Origin: Neolecta irregularis DAH-3
Taxonomy: Eukaryota
Assembly: GCA_001929475.1 (NCBI GenBank)
Contig: LXFE01004217.1
Location: 1 to 64,000, forward strand
DNA: 64,000 nt
Reading direction: 5' to 3'
Of this stretch, positions 13,528 through 25,679 are shown piece after piece. The translations under genes and the position numbers were made by a program. Under the pieces are notes generated by a model. That model saw only the letters and a program-made list of their open reading frames with translations, had not been told where the DNA came from and ran no database searches. Positions within the stretch are counted from its first letter, which is position 1. Every line of letters begins with the position of its first letter.

Positions 13528-14577
13528 CTAGCTAGAAATACATTTGAAGCAAAACAATTTATTGCAAGAACACCTCATACCCCTTGGCTCGGCCAATGCT
13601 TTTGACTTGCTCTTCTTAAATGGCCGATCCTCTTCTGTAAATAAGGAGGAAACTGGTACTTTTTCACTCTCAATAAATGTTAGAAGACCAGAATGGCGAC
13701 GTTTCTCGATAGACTTTGGTCTCTTTTTGATACTAGAAATACCCCGCAACCTGAGTATGGGCCGTTTTGTTGGTGTAAGTTGTATTGATACTGGTCTTGG
13801 TATATCACTTTTCCGCGGGCTCGAGTTTGAGCTTTTTCGCTTGGGACTCCGGCGTGTGATTGTGGATGGAGTGCAAGGACAGTTGGGGGGTTTGGGCAGC
13901 CAAATAGCATCCTCCTTTGGCTTGGATTCTGGAGCGGTTGGAACCGTCAGTGCAGAGACTGGCAAGGAGCGACTTTGCAGACCTGCCAAATCTCGATGTG
14001 AACTTGTAGGAGGTGATAATGGAATATTACCGCGAGGATTACGATAAACTGGAACGACTAATGGTGATGAAGGATCTGAAAAACCGTAAGTGACACACTG
14101 ATCATTATATGACGGTAGCGGTGAAGATTTGATTGACTGGGCCTCGAACAGCTTGAAAAGACTAGGTCCTCGTTCTCCAAATAGCTTGACTACGTCCGCT
14201 TTTGAAGGCAAACGAATTGGATCCGATATTGAACGTTTGATGGAAGCAGTTGCGAGAATTTCATCAAACGAACAATCACTTTCATTTCCATCGGCAGGCT
14301 CTACCCAAGGATTTGGATCTCGCAATTGCAGTTCTTCATCAGTACCATCAGGATTCTCCTCAAGGGCCCAGATATCAGCTTCTGATCCCATATCTTGTCG
14401 TTTCATCATCCGCAGATGACCATGGTCTTCGATAATTTCACCAGTGTCTAGGTCAATGACATCCGAAATATCTTCCAGATCTCTTCCATATTTCTCGAAT
14501 ATGTCATGCCATGCAGTCTCAAGTCGCACCCTCGATTGTCGACGAAGCTCATCAAGTAGCACACCAGAATCAGTCAT
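13528..14577 (-). CDS. scm3: CENP-A chaperone Scm3/HJURP-like, intronless
   Basis: Scm3 domain RLETAWHDIFEKYGRD...DVIDLDTGEIIEDHGHL and C-terminal Cys cluster CSCNKLFCFKC. Confidence 0.88.
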   Translation of the reverse strand: MTDSGVLLDELRRQSRVRLETAWHDIFEKYGRDLEDISDVIDLDTGEIIEDHGHLRMMKRQDMGSEADIWALEENPDGTDEELQLRDPNPWVEPADGNESDCSFDEILATASIKRSISDPIRLPSKADVVKLFGERGPSLFKLFEAQSIKSSPLPSYNDQCVTYGFSDPSSPLVVPVYRNPRGNIPLSPPTSSHRDLAGLQSRSLPVSALTVPTAPESKPKEDAIWLPKPPNCPCTPSTITRRSPKRKSSNSSPRKSDIPRPVSIQLTPTKRPILRLRGISSIKKRPKSIEKRRHSGLLTFIESEKVPVSSLFTEEDRPFKKSKSKALAEPRGMRCSCNKLFCFKCISS

Positions 14578-14940
14578 AGACCGGAGTGATTTTACGAGGT
14601 TATAGATGAAAATACGGGGCCAGATCCCGTGATTTCGCGATGGGAACGCGCTCTGAATTTATTAATGTTTTGGAAAGGAACAGACTCCTCATTTATTCAA
14701 TAACTAAGAGGTAACTAAAGGCAGAGAGGGAATGTCGCACCGCTAGAAAGGCGGGAATAAAATTGTACAAAATAACTGTTACAAAAAGGCAAGTTATGCG
14801 ATAAGCGATCATCTCCTGGACATCTGCAATTTCTTTCTCCACAGAATGGTGGAGAGATAGACTCATACTTTTGGCGTAGTATTGAGAGAGGTATTACACT
14901 CTTGGACTGACTGGTAATCGTTGAGATCATTGATTGATTC

Positions 14941-17900
14941 TTAGTGTACAGTCCTCGTTTCATGATCCTGTTCTATGAGGGCAGACAGGACCTCTAGTTC
15001 TCCTTGTTTCTCAAGTTCTGCTCCCGGAATAGCGCTGACGCTTTGATCCAACATTAGCTTAGTATTTGCCAGGGACAATATATGTTCCTAGGAATAAGCA
15101 AACAGGCAGAGGCGGCGATCTTTGTACCTCGATTGTTCCTTCTGTAACCAGTCGGATTACCTCGACGTCTCGGGTCTGACCAACGCGATGTGCCCTATCT
15201 TCTGCTTGTCGATCGTCATGAGGATTGAAGCTCCCGTCATGGATAACAACAACGTTTGCACAAGCCAGGTTAATCCCGAAACCGCCTAACAATCAGGCTA
15301 AAAATCAACGTGAAAGTACCAGCTTTCGTAGATAAAAGAAACACTGTAATGTCTTTTTCGTCGTGGAACTGATCAATCATTTCCTGACGCTCCTGAACAG
15401 CCGTCTGACCATCGAGACGCAAAAATGTGATTCCAAGAGTGCACATGACCTCCTCTAGGATGTCGAGAACCTGCGTGAACTGCGAGAATAAAAGTATTCG
15501 ATCACCTTTAGCTTTCATCTCTGGTAAAATCTTGGCAAGAATATCAACTTTCCCTGACTTCATCCATGTATCGCTTGGGAGCATGCGATGGGTGATGCTC
15601 GGAAATCTTTTACAAAGCCGATTCAGTTCAAAATCGGTCATAACTTCCATGTCCTCAAATATCTGTTCACGACTTGCGTCAAGATAGATATCCTCCTATA
15701 AATTTGTCAAGATTTTTGATGCCATAGTACTTGCCCTCATGATTTCTTTTGACATTTTGCGGATAACATCATCAGTATAATGCCGACGAAATAGAAGAGG
15801 GTGATTTGCGGCCTTTCTCATATTCATCATCATTTTTAATGCTGCCCCATTATTCCTGCTCGGCGCGGGAATCTTTGGATCAACGGTGGAAGCAGATAAC
15901 TCTTGCTTTGATTCTACAATGCCTTGATAAATCGACTTTTGTTCGGCGTTTAATTTGCAGATCTCAACACGGTGGAGTTTGACTGGCAGATCACTTAGGA
16001 CCTAGAAATATTAAAAGATTCACATGTGTATATAACCTGCTGTTTCTTCCTACGTAGAATAAAAGGTTTCATCATTGTACGAGCTCTGGTTATCTTATTC
16101 TGAGATAGCAAATTAGTGGCTTTGTCGCCTACTGCTGTTGATTTGAGTTTGAATACTTTATTAAGCGCCTCAGAATTTTCCGCGAACGTTTTCGGTAGTA
16201 TGAATGCTAATAGAGACTAGATCGGTTATAAATCTGTGAATAAAGATTGCTCACAATTAATTCCTGGAGATTGTTTTGCAACGGCTAAATTCAGCTCAAA
16301 GAAAAAGGAATTAGAATATACGGTTCCCGTCAGTAATAACCGGAATTTGGCCTTCAAGGACATGAGACTGCTATATCTTGCCGACTGGCTGTTCTTTAAC
16401 ATGTGACCTTCGTCATAAACGCAGACCTTGAAACATCAGATCTCCATGAGAGAAAGGCTGGTCATACGTCAAATTTATGCCTTCTAAGGAATCCCCGATC
16501 GTCCTTTGACCCTGTGGCGAGATTGTAACTATCCCTTAGGCGTCGGTTGGAAATAGAAGATCTTACGTTGTGACCAGAACGTGGTAGTTCTTTCTTTCTT
16601 CAAGAATATACCTTGTCTCTGCCCGTTCCTTTTGTGAACCTGGCATTGTTTTAGCTCCCAAGCCAATGTTGGAAATACCATAGTATGGTTCAACCACTAG
16701 CGATGGACAGAATCTTCCGAGTTCTCGAAGCCAATTTTCTGGAGAGTTAAAGTCTAGCCGCATTGAAGGAATACCAATTGTTGAAGACGGCACAATAATG
16801 AGATGGGGTCCTTCGATTCCACGTTCTAACAACAGACCTAGAAAAGAGACGACTTGGCAAGTTTTTCCCAGCCCTTAATTTAGATATAAATCGATCGCAA
16901 TACATACCCATTTCGTCTGCAAGGATGCCTGAAAGACCTTTATTGTACAGCAGTTGTAACCAATTGACGCCCAGAATTTGGTAAGGCTTAAGTTGAAGGT
17001 CTGAAGGTAAGAGGGAAGGTTGCACAAGTCGATATCCATCAATATCTACAGTATCCGTTGACTCAATTGAATCTGGTTTTTTCTGTGAAAGGACGATTTG
17101 AGGGTTAATATCGGTCAATGTAATTTCTCCGTCCGTTCGGCAATAATCAGCTCCCCACTTGCTAATCTCATCTACCACAGACTTTCCGATCGCAGTACAA
17201 GCTTTGATTAAATGTTCTACGGCTTCAAAGCCTTCTATTGTCTAGAACATAAGGTCAAGCTACATACATTAGGGTATACCTCAAGGCAGCCGTCCACAAA
17301 CTTGTCACCCATAGGTCTCTTCCGCTTTCCCTTCCGTGAGGGACCGGAATTCTCAACAGTTCTGATAAGATCCAGATCGTCGTATGGTCGCCTAATGAAT
17401 ACAAGCTCAGAATTCTCTCTAGTGGAACCAGAAATATCTATTAAATCGTCCAGGTTGGCGGTGTTAATAAAGTCCAGTGTCAATTGTTCAAGTTCCAGGA
17501 CGTGGGATGACGAGGCATCACTCGCCAGTGATCCATCAGAATTAGCACCCTTATCATCTGCAACGTCTCCCAGGACAGGCCTGTGATTCTTGCTAACGAG
17601 AAATTTCTTCTTTGTTGTGGATACATGTTGCGTTAAGGATATTGGTGCCAGTAAGCCTTCGGTGTTTGCCGCTCGACTATATCTGGATCGAATAGACAAG
17701 TGCGATGTTCGAAGTTCCCTACGAGCAATAGGCGCATTTGGCTTCTCAACAATTTCATCTGGTTCTGTGAATTCGCTGAGTCGCTCTCGGGCATGTTGTA
17801 CATTATTCTTGCTGAGGATTAATTGCTGTTCGATCACGCTTAATGGGAATTGAAAAAACACTTGTTGGAGTTTAGAGGCAGCTTTATGATCAACGATCAA

Positions 17901-18551
17901 GTTTGAAGAACCATCTTGTGTAAAGTCCACCGGCAGAGCCTTGGAAGGACCCTTTTGTACAAACTTCTTGCGAGCTTGTCCTTGAATCGACGTCGCCTTG
18001 GTCGACTGCGAGTCCGAACTTGAGGCAAAACTCGTCGATCGAGATAAAGATTCAAGACGAACCGGTGAAAGTTTTGTATTCAAATTGAATTTAAACTGTG
18101 ATGCGTAATTTTTCATTGCAAGGATAGGAGGTTCTTTCTTGATTTCATCCGGTGAATTTGTGAGACTCGTAGAAAGAGATTGCGTTGGAGAAGGACGACT
18201 TTGACCTTGTTTCAAAAAGCTAGGAAATTTGGGCCTATGTCGAAAGCCATTGTTTACAGGAATTCGTAGGCCCGAAGGTCTTATTAAAAGGTCCGGGCTA
18301 GAATCTGGGGTAGAACCTAAATTAATACTCTTCGGCGAGATTCGAACTGGGGACGATGCAGGGACGAGCACTTTGAGTGTTTTCTGTTCTGCTAGAGGCG
18401 TTTCAGGGATGAAGTTCACGAGTTGTCGTGTTTTCGAGAGCCTTATTTGGGGAGATGAGGAATTCTGTGTGGACAAAACTTCAAGAGTTTCAGTCTCGGT
18501 ATCTTCCTGAGTCTGCAGTCGAGGGCGCTTATTCGGAGGTTCGCTGTCCAT
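14941..18551 (-). CDS. FUN30: Fun30/Fft/SMARCAD1 SNF2-family chromatin remodeller
   Basis: [54 protein letters not shown], and a CUE-like N-terminal region. Confidence 0.92.
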
Positions 18552-18715
18552 AACGAAATGATAAACTTAAAGGAAGATCTAAAGAATGGGAAACTTTTCG
18601 TGAGAGCAGAAAAAACAAAAATAGAAATTCTGGTTGTTTGGTGGAGTCTGAATTCCCAACGAAATCTGCACTGAATATCCGGATATCTCAGTTAACCTGT
18701 TGAACAACGAACTTG

Positions 18716-19075
18716 ATGGAAAGCGCCAACATGAAACCGGCCGGTACTCGGGAGCTTCCACGGTATAAAAGCCCTCTAAATTTCATTCTGACGAATAGAG
18801 ATGTGTTCCATAAATTACTGTTCTTCTCGCTTGCAATCATCGCAGTACCGTTATTTATCTACTATATGTGCTTGAAACATATATTTCCCGGTCTCTTTCC
18901 ATATTTTGTATTTGTACTAAGGCGTTCCACAGGTCCCAGTGGGAGTACATACTCTGCGATTGCTGCTGTAGTTTCCGTGAATGCTGTGGTAGGATGTTTC
19001 ATTTGGATTGCAATGCTAGAAGATACCACTTCGCAGGAATTACAGAAGGAGAAAGATACAAAGAAATCTCAGTAG
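18716..19075 (+). CDS. VMA21: V-ATPase assembly factor Vma21
   Basis: Two TM helices (KLLFFSLAIIAVP; SAIAAVVSVN) and a C-terminal KKxx ER-retrieval signal (KKSQ). Two short introns likely. Confidence 0.85.
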   Translation: MESANMKPAGTRELPRYKSPLNFILTNRDVFHKLLFFSLAIIAVPLFIYYMCLKHIFPGLFPYFVFVLRRSTGPSGSTYSAIAAVVSVNAVVGCFIWIAMLEDTTSQELQKEKDTKKSQ

Positions 19076-19244
19076 AGCTGCACTGTACTAATAGAAATTT
19101 GCAAACGTTGATTCAATATGCCGCTATCGCGAGTCAAGCTTGATTTATTTAGAGCCAAGCCACGGTCTCGATAACCCTCGAATCCTTACTCATTAGCTCT
19201 TCTCATCAAACCCGTTGAACACTGAGTATCCACGTTAAGATTTG

Positions 19245-20318
19245 ATGGCGGCCGTTATAGTTATTGGTCCTCCGGGATCCGGAAAATCAACTTTTTGTTG
19301 GGGCGCATATCAACTTTTATCTGCTGTTGGACGCCGGTGTGTTGTAGCGAATATCGATCCAGCAAACGATCGTGTACCATATCCATGCGATATCAACATC
19401 CAAGAGCTTGTCACATTAGATGAGATCATGTCTCGCGAAGAGCTGGGTCCTAATGGGGGAGTCATATATGCCTTGGAAACGCTCGAAGAAAATTTCGAAT
19501 GGCTCGAAAACAAGCTAAAGCCTTTAAAAGGTACTTGCTATATGAGATATTTATACTTACGAAATAGATAGTTTCGTGTTATTTGATTGTCCTGGTCAGG
19601 TTGAGCTATTTACGCATCATGACTCTTTAAGACGAATACTGTTTCGAATTGAGAAACTTGGTAGACGTGTAAGCAATATCCTTCCGAATCCTCTGATTCC
19701 ACATTAAGCCGGTCATTGTTCACCTCGTCGATGCTCATTATTGCACTGATGCTGCGAAGTATATTAGTGTTCTCCTTCTGAGCCTGCGAGCCATGCTCCA
19801 ACTTGACTTGCCTCATATCAATGTCTTGAGTAAAGTTGATACATTACGGCAATACGGTAAACTGGGTATGTGATATGTTACTAGTCTTGCTAACATGAAG
19901 ATTTCAATCTTGACTTCTATACCGAGGTTCAAGATTTATCTTACCTACTTCCAGTTTTAGAGAGGGACCCTCGAATGACAAAGTATACTGCGCTGAATGC
20001 CGCAGTATGTACGATGATTGAAGATTTTGGTCTCGTCGGATTCGAAACTCTTTGTGTGGAGGTGAAAGCTGAACTAATTCCGGCCTTATATTCTAGGATA
20101 AAGAATCAATGATGAGGCTGTTGCAAACGATTGACCGGGTTGGTGGGTTCAATTTTGGGTTGACAGAAATATCAGGGGACGAGGTGTGGGCCCAAGCAAC
20201 TCGCGGCGGTTGGCATCACACCATGGATGCTATGGATGTTCAAGAGAGATGGGTTGATGCCGTAGAAGAGTTTGACGCAGCTCAAGTTACAGCATGGAAG
20301 GAAGAAGCGGCGGGATAA
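19245..20318 (+). CDS. GPN2: GPN-loop GTPase 2
   Basis: [33 protein letters not shown] and [12 protein letters not shown]. Confidence 0.92.
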
Positions 20319-20378
20319 AAGTATTGACGTGAGATTCATAATGATAACAGTTCTTTACACATTGTAGAACAGACCTGG

Positions 20379-22286
20379 TCAGATCGAGGCAAGTCCTTTA
20401 ATTACCATAAGGCCGATTGCCCAGGCCATTGTTAAAGCAGTTGCACTAAAGGAAGAGGCCATGACCAACATATGAGAAAAGTTCATTCTCTCCATAGCCT
20501 CAACTGTGCTCGAATTTGAAGTCATAAATATAATACCACCGCAAATAAAACAGAAACTTGCCAGTATTTCAGTCACAGGATGAGTTGGAGAAGGAGATGT
20601 TGGGGGATGAATAAATAGTAGTGCATACTGCATGTCAATAGCACAAACCTTTTGATGTCATACCGTCAAAAGTCTAAAAGATGATGCAATCGCCAATAGG
20701 TAACCCCACTGTCTATGTACCATCGCCGAAAGCATGCTGGTTTGATGGTGTGAACCCATCATCAAGCCTGTGGCGAAGATTACAAGGGCAGGGAAAGGAT
20801 TGAAAGATATGTTCAGAGAATGCGAGTCATGGTTTGCTGAACTGGTGGACTTTCCAGGTAGAAACCTTCGAATGCTTTTAAGTTCAAGCAACACACCTGC
20901 AAGTCCAGCACACAAAAACATAAATGCAATCGAAACATGTTGGAGATCCTGAACATTCCAAGGCCCACCTGCTCCTCCCTAAGTCATCAGTCATATGAAT
21001 GTATGTTATATATGCACACAAGATGTTCAAGCCAGATGTTTGTCGAACCGTAAAATAATATCAGAGAGCTTTCAAGCATTTCTGCGGTTGGAGCTCTAGT
21101 GTGTATTTTGTCGAGTTCATTCCAAGACCAACCGAGTTCTCGAAATACTCCCAGATATCGCCCAAAAGTGAACAAGCCATAAATGAAGAATACACCACCT
21201 ATATTTAGTGAGCACATGATGCCCTTAGGCCTTGAACAAACCCTTGATGAAATGCGCCAGACCATTGAAAACCATACCACGCTTCATGATACCTGTTGAG
21301 ACAATGATTCCGGTTGCGATTTGAAAACACCCCAAAGCAAACACGGAGCGCCCAAGGATTGCATGGAGCAGATGGGCAAGTTTACCAAACTGTTTGGAGA
21401 CAGCGATATACTGTTGCAGAAATCCAAGGTGGTGGAGGGCCGAGTCTTGAAGAGTGTTCTTCAGATGTTTCTGCGGGGTCCCCGATTGTGAGGGGAGCCG
21501 CTCATTATCAGAGCTCAACGAACGGAGCTCGAAGACAAACGAGCCATGTCCACTGTCACTAGAGACATGGTGAGGCGGGCCTGCGCAGTCGTCTGGATCT
21601 TGGCTGGCCACGTGGGCGTACGACTGGTGGCTAGCAAGGGCACCCCGGGCCTTAGCCGACAAGGCAGACAACGCACCAAGGAGAGCCTGGCCCATGACAA
21701 TGGTCAGGATTGCCCATCCGGAGTTGTGATGGATGTTGTGCGGGTAGAGGTCGGGAGTCGCAGAGTTGTAGAGAAGGGAAAATACAACGCCCAGAATGTT
21801 TGAGAGGAGAAAGGCAAGCTGTAGCGGAAGATGGAGAGGCGAATGGGCGAGACCGAGCACGACGCCTGCGAGAAGCGGTTCAGCAGAGGGAGCACGCAGA
21901 GGCGGCGACATACCGGCGGGCATTATAAACAGCCATGCGACGGCCATGCATGCGGCATGGGCAGCCAGCAGCGGGCGGTGTCGTGCAAGGCGCACATAGG
22001 ACTGCAGATCGGCAGAGTCGGTATTTATAGTATCCGTGTCCGTGTTCGTAGCAATAGCCGTGTCTGTATCCATGGACATGTCCGTGTTCATGTCCATGTC
22101 TGTATCCGTGTCCGTAACCGTGTCTGTATCCATAGCCATGTCCATATGGATGTCCATATGCATACTTTTGTCCATGTCCTTGCCCACCCCCACGTCCATA
22201 ACGCCCGTAGAGCCGGCATCAGGCAATTCGCGAGAACTAGCGGTAGCCAGCGTGCAAAATAGCAACAGGGAAGGTAGTGCCCTCAT
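20379..22286 (-). CDS. Ytp1/YCR061W (DUF2427)-family multipass membrane protein with signal peptide and Met/Asp-rich N-terminus
   Basis: TPDLYPHNIH, FNGLAHFIKG, YGSTNIWLEH, SFNPFPALVI, MMGSHHQ and GGIIFM motifs. An alternative ATG lies at 22328. Confidence 0.8.
22030..22185 (-). repeat. Degenerate hexamer repeat (ATGGAC/ACGGAC-like) encoding an MD/TD dipeptide tract
   Basis: Translation MDKSMHMDIHMDMAMDTDTVTDTDTDMDMNTDMSMDTDT. Confidence 0.85.
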
Positions 22287-22426
22287 ATGTGGCGCGGGGG
22301 TTGCAGAATGTGCATTTATATGTGACATCAGAAGTCACGGCAGAATCTGGTGCAGCACCAGTGGAGTTGCTAGTTTTAGCACACCGGGGCTTGTTCATTA
22401 TCGCCGCGTCTATACCCTACAACTGC

Positions 22427-23776
22427 CTAGTCTACCATATATCGATCCTGCACCTCTTCTCGACTGGGAGGTGCATCATACAACGCTGCATTGTCAGCCC
22501 AGTTGTCATGTGACACTTACAGCTCGTCCGGTATATCCTGAGATACTTGAGTGCCAGCATTTCCAATGCTGTGGGCTCAATCCCCAAGTCTCGGAACTTT
22601 TTCGCTCCCTCTGTGTAGCAAATATCAATAAATTGACGTTCCACTTCGTCCGGACACACAATGTGCCAGTATAGTTTATCCAGTACGCGAGCCATTGCCT
22701 TGAGAACAGGTTTAGGAAGATCGAAACGCCAAGATGACCTCATTGTGACTTTCGATACGAGGTCCAAGATTTGCGTCATAGTATATTCGTTGGGCCCGTA
22801 GAGCTCAAATAATTGCCCCGCTGTAGAGTCATCAAACATGAGTAGCTCGAGGCCGCGAGCTACGTCTACTACCTGCGGGATTCAGCTGCCCCACACAAGA
22901 AAAGAAAACATACATGCACGGGTCGAACGTATCTATTGTTTCTGTAACTAGTAAAAATGGACTTCCTACTACCCAAATTGTTCAGGAATCGGTCCTCGGC
23001 TCCAAAGATTGCCGCTGGTCTTACGATGGTTGTTTCCTGGAATACCTTCCTTGCAGCTTCTTCGCCCATAGCCTGAAAATTCAGAATTCTATATAAAATA
23101 GTTGTACTTTTGTTCGATAGAACTTTGATGTCGACTCTGGATTTGCATTCATGCAAGATACTTGAACAAACCGGTCAACGTCATATTTAGCAACAGCTTC
23201 TACGATACGTTCTGTGCCTTCAATATGAACATCCTCATATGTGAAATTTCTATCAATCAGATGATTGTAACATACAATATTTAAACTTTGTCTCATAGTC
23301 TCTGCCAATAAGATTGTAAACGATGTTTGAATGGCGAACTGCTTCCTCAATTGATTGTGTATTTCGTAGGTCAAATTCCTAAGGATAAATGCAATAATCC
23401 AATGTTCTGTCATACCAACATCACGACTTGTCCTAGATCTCCAGAAACTTTCAGTGGTCTTTTTGCATCTTCACTTCGCCAGGGAACAACTACCGTCGTA
23501 CCTTGCTTTGCTGAGAAACTTCAACAGTTGAACCAGCGGCAGGATGGTACCCAATCTACTGACAAGATAACGACCAACAAACCCATTTGCTCCAAAGACA
23601 GTTGCAGTATGACCCGTCAACGATGACCTTCCGCCTGGTCCTGATCGAAGGATAGGTTTGCCGGTGCGGGATATTTGGATATCATGGGCATATCGCTATC
23701 ATTTCAGAATCGCTCTCTGATGCATCCATACGACAAAGACCCTCACTGAGGAAATCCGAGACGATCTTTTGAACAT
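22427..23776 (-). CDS. NDUFA9: NADH:ubiquinone oxidoreductase 39/40-kDa subunit (NDUFA9-like)
   Basis: [33 protein letters not shown] and [17 protein letters not shown], with an Arg-rich presequence. Confidence 0.92.
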
Positions 23777-23867
23777 CAGATAACACTTCCGACTCAGGTC
23801 AAGTTGAGTTTGGGAGACCTTTTGGCGAATTTGATCAACCACCAACCTACAACGTTTCAAGTGAAAT

Positions 23868-25218
23868 ATGAACAATTTTTCGGATATATCCACATTCCTT
23901 GAAGCGCAAAGGTCCAATGCCCCAGAATCACTACAGCCTCTGCTCTATAACATGGAGGATATGTGGGAACGTCGGTATGGCCAAGTCTTATTTTCTTCAA
24001 CTTTCGCTGACGCAACCACATTTAGTCTTTGGCATCAATTGACAAATATCCTTCTCGAATTTTTTCAGCATAGAGAAAGTGCTCCAGCAAGGATGTCGAT
24101 GTATACAGTCTTTGTTTCATCATTCCAGGACAAAATCAATCAGCTTAAACTTGCAATTCTTGGTTTACAAGCTGCCAGGCAATGTTCAAGTACGCATTCA
24201 TGCAATATATGTTCCTCTTTAACGTACTCCTAGGTTCGGAAGAAGCTCTGGAATTTCTTGATATACTAGCCAAGAAAGTCGATACTCGGCAGTCACAAGA
24301 TGCTCATATCTATGTTTTAGTGGAAATTGCTCGTGTTCGGTTGATGAAGGGTGAACTAGATGACGTCAAGTCATCTTTAGACTCTATAAGCAAGACTATT
24401 GATAGTTTTGACACAGTTGAGCCAATCATTCATGCATCATACTACCAAGTTACCGCCGATTTCTATAAAGTATATGGCCAATGACGCCTCTTCACTAATA
24501 AAGAACAGGCCAAAGCAGATTACGCAGTTTATTATAGGAATTCGTTGCGTTATCTTGCATGTATCAACGTTGCAGATCTATCTGGAGAAGAGATTTACGA
24601 ACGCGTTCATGATCTAAGCATCGCAGCTCTTCTCGGAGATACGATTTACAACTTTGGAGAATTACTCTTACACCCGATACTTGAAGCCATTTCGAACACG
24701 CCAAATTCCTGGCTTCGGGACCTCTTGTTTGTTGTCAATGCTGGAAACATTTCAGGGTTTGAAGGCCTTGCTGGGAATCTCATTAAAGAGGTATTGTCTT
24801 GAAATGCTGCCGAAGATTGAGGATGTAGCCCATTCTACAAGAATCACTGCCATTCCTTCGCCAAAAAATTTGCTTAACAGCTCTTACAGAGGCAGTCTTT
24901 AAGAGACCTCCTAATAATCGAATTCTTAGCTTCGACACTATAGCAAACGAGACACGTCTACTGCCAGAGGAAGTAGAACATCTCGTTATGAAGGCACTAA
25001 GCCTGGGACTAATCCGCGGAAATATGGACCAGGTTTCAGAGACATGCGAAGTCACTTGGGTGCAATCTCGGGTCCTCGAACGACCGCAAATTGCCTCAAT
25101 GAGTCAAAAATTCCGAGATTGGGTATCATTGGTAGACAACCTTGAGAAAATAGTACATTCAGCTGGCAGCGGAGTATGGGCTACTACAGTTGCGGAAGAC
25201 ATGGCAATGACAGCATAA
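23868..25218 (+). CDS. RPN9: 26S proteasome lid subunit Rpn9
   Basis: LWHQLT, KINQLKL, ALLGDTIYNFGELLLHPI, MKALSLGLIRG and WVQSRVL (PCI domain). Confidence 0.93.
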
Positions 25219-25263
25219 TTCTATCGAGCGTGTCAGAATATCTACTTGTAAAGAAGAGTTATT

Positions 25264-25541
25264 TCAGCGTTTCGTCCTTCTTGTGACTTCCGTAAGTTTT
25301 TCGTATGAAGTTTCCTCGCCCTGCGGAGGCGCTGGTGCATTCGGCAGACCCAGGTATCGACGAATGGGCGAAAAACAGTGCTCCCTTGGGCCAAAGTCTG
25401 CATAAAGCATGCCCCAAACGAATGTACCTCCAAAAAATCAGCTAGGAACGAATTGTAGCACATAGACGCACTTGCAGTAAGTACAGCGGTTACAATGCGA
25501 ACGGCGCGGGCGTGCTTGAGCGGCAAGATGTCGTTTTCCAT
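25264..25541 (-). CDS. Small spliced single-pass membrane protein, 77 aa, uncharacterised
   Basis: Exons 25541-25472 and 25427-25264 around a 44-nt intron (GTGCGT...GCTGAT...GAG). Product MENDILPLKHARAVRIVTAVLTASTFVWGMLYADFGPREHCFSPIRRYLG... Confidence 0.65.
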
Positions 25542-25633
25542 CAAAAAAATGTTGTGGCTTGTGATTGATCCCGCAAAAAGCCGACTTGAAGTTTGCCGAG
25601 GATTAGGTCATAATAAGCAAAAAAGGAAAATAA

Positions 25634-25647
25634 TATAAAATATAAAA
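25634..25647 (+). promoter_or_regulatory. Tandem TATA-like elements upstream of the structured non-coding segment
   Basis: TATAAAA twice (25634-25640, 25641-25647). Confidence 0.35.
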
Positions 25648-25679
25648 CAGATCATACACCTGTAAAAAATGTAGGGAAA

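Noticed and set aside
22036-22674. 212-aa plus-strand ORF with an SV/SM repeat
   Set aside because: Antisense shadow of the hexamer repeat in the Ytp1-like gene.
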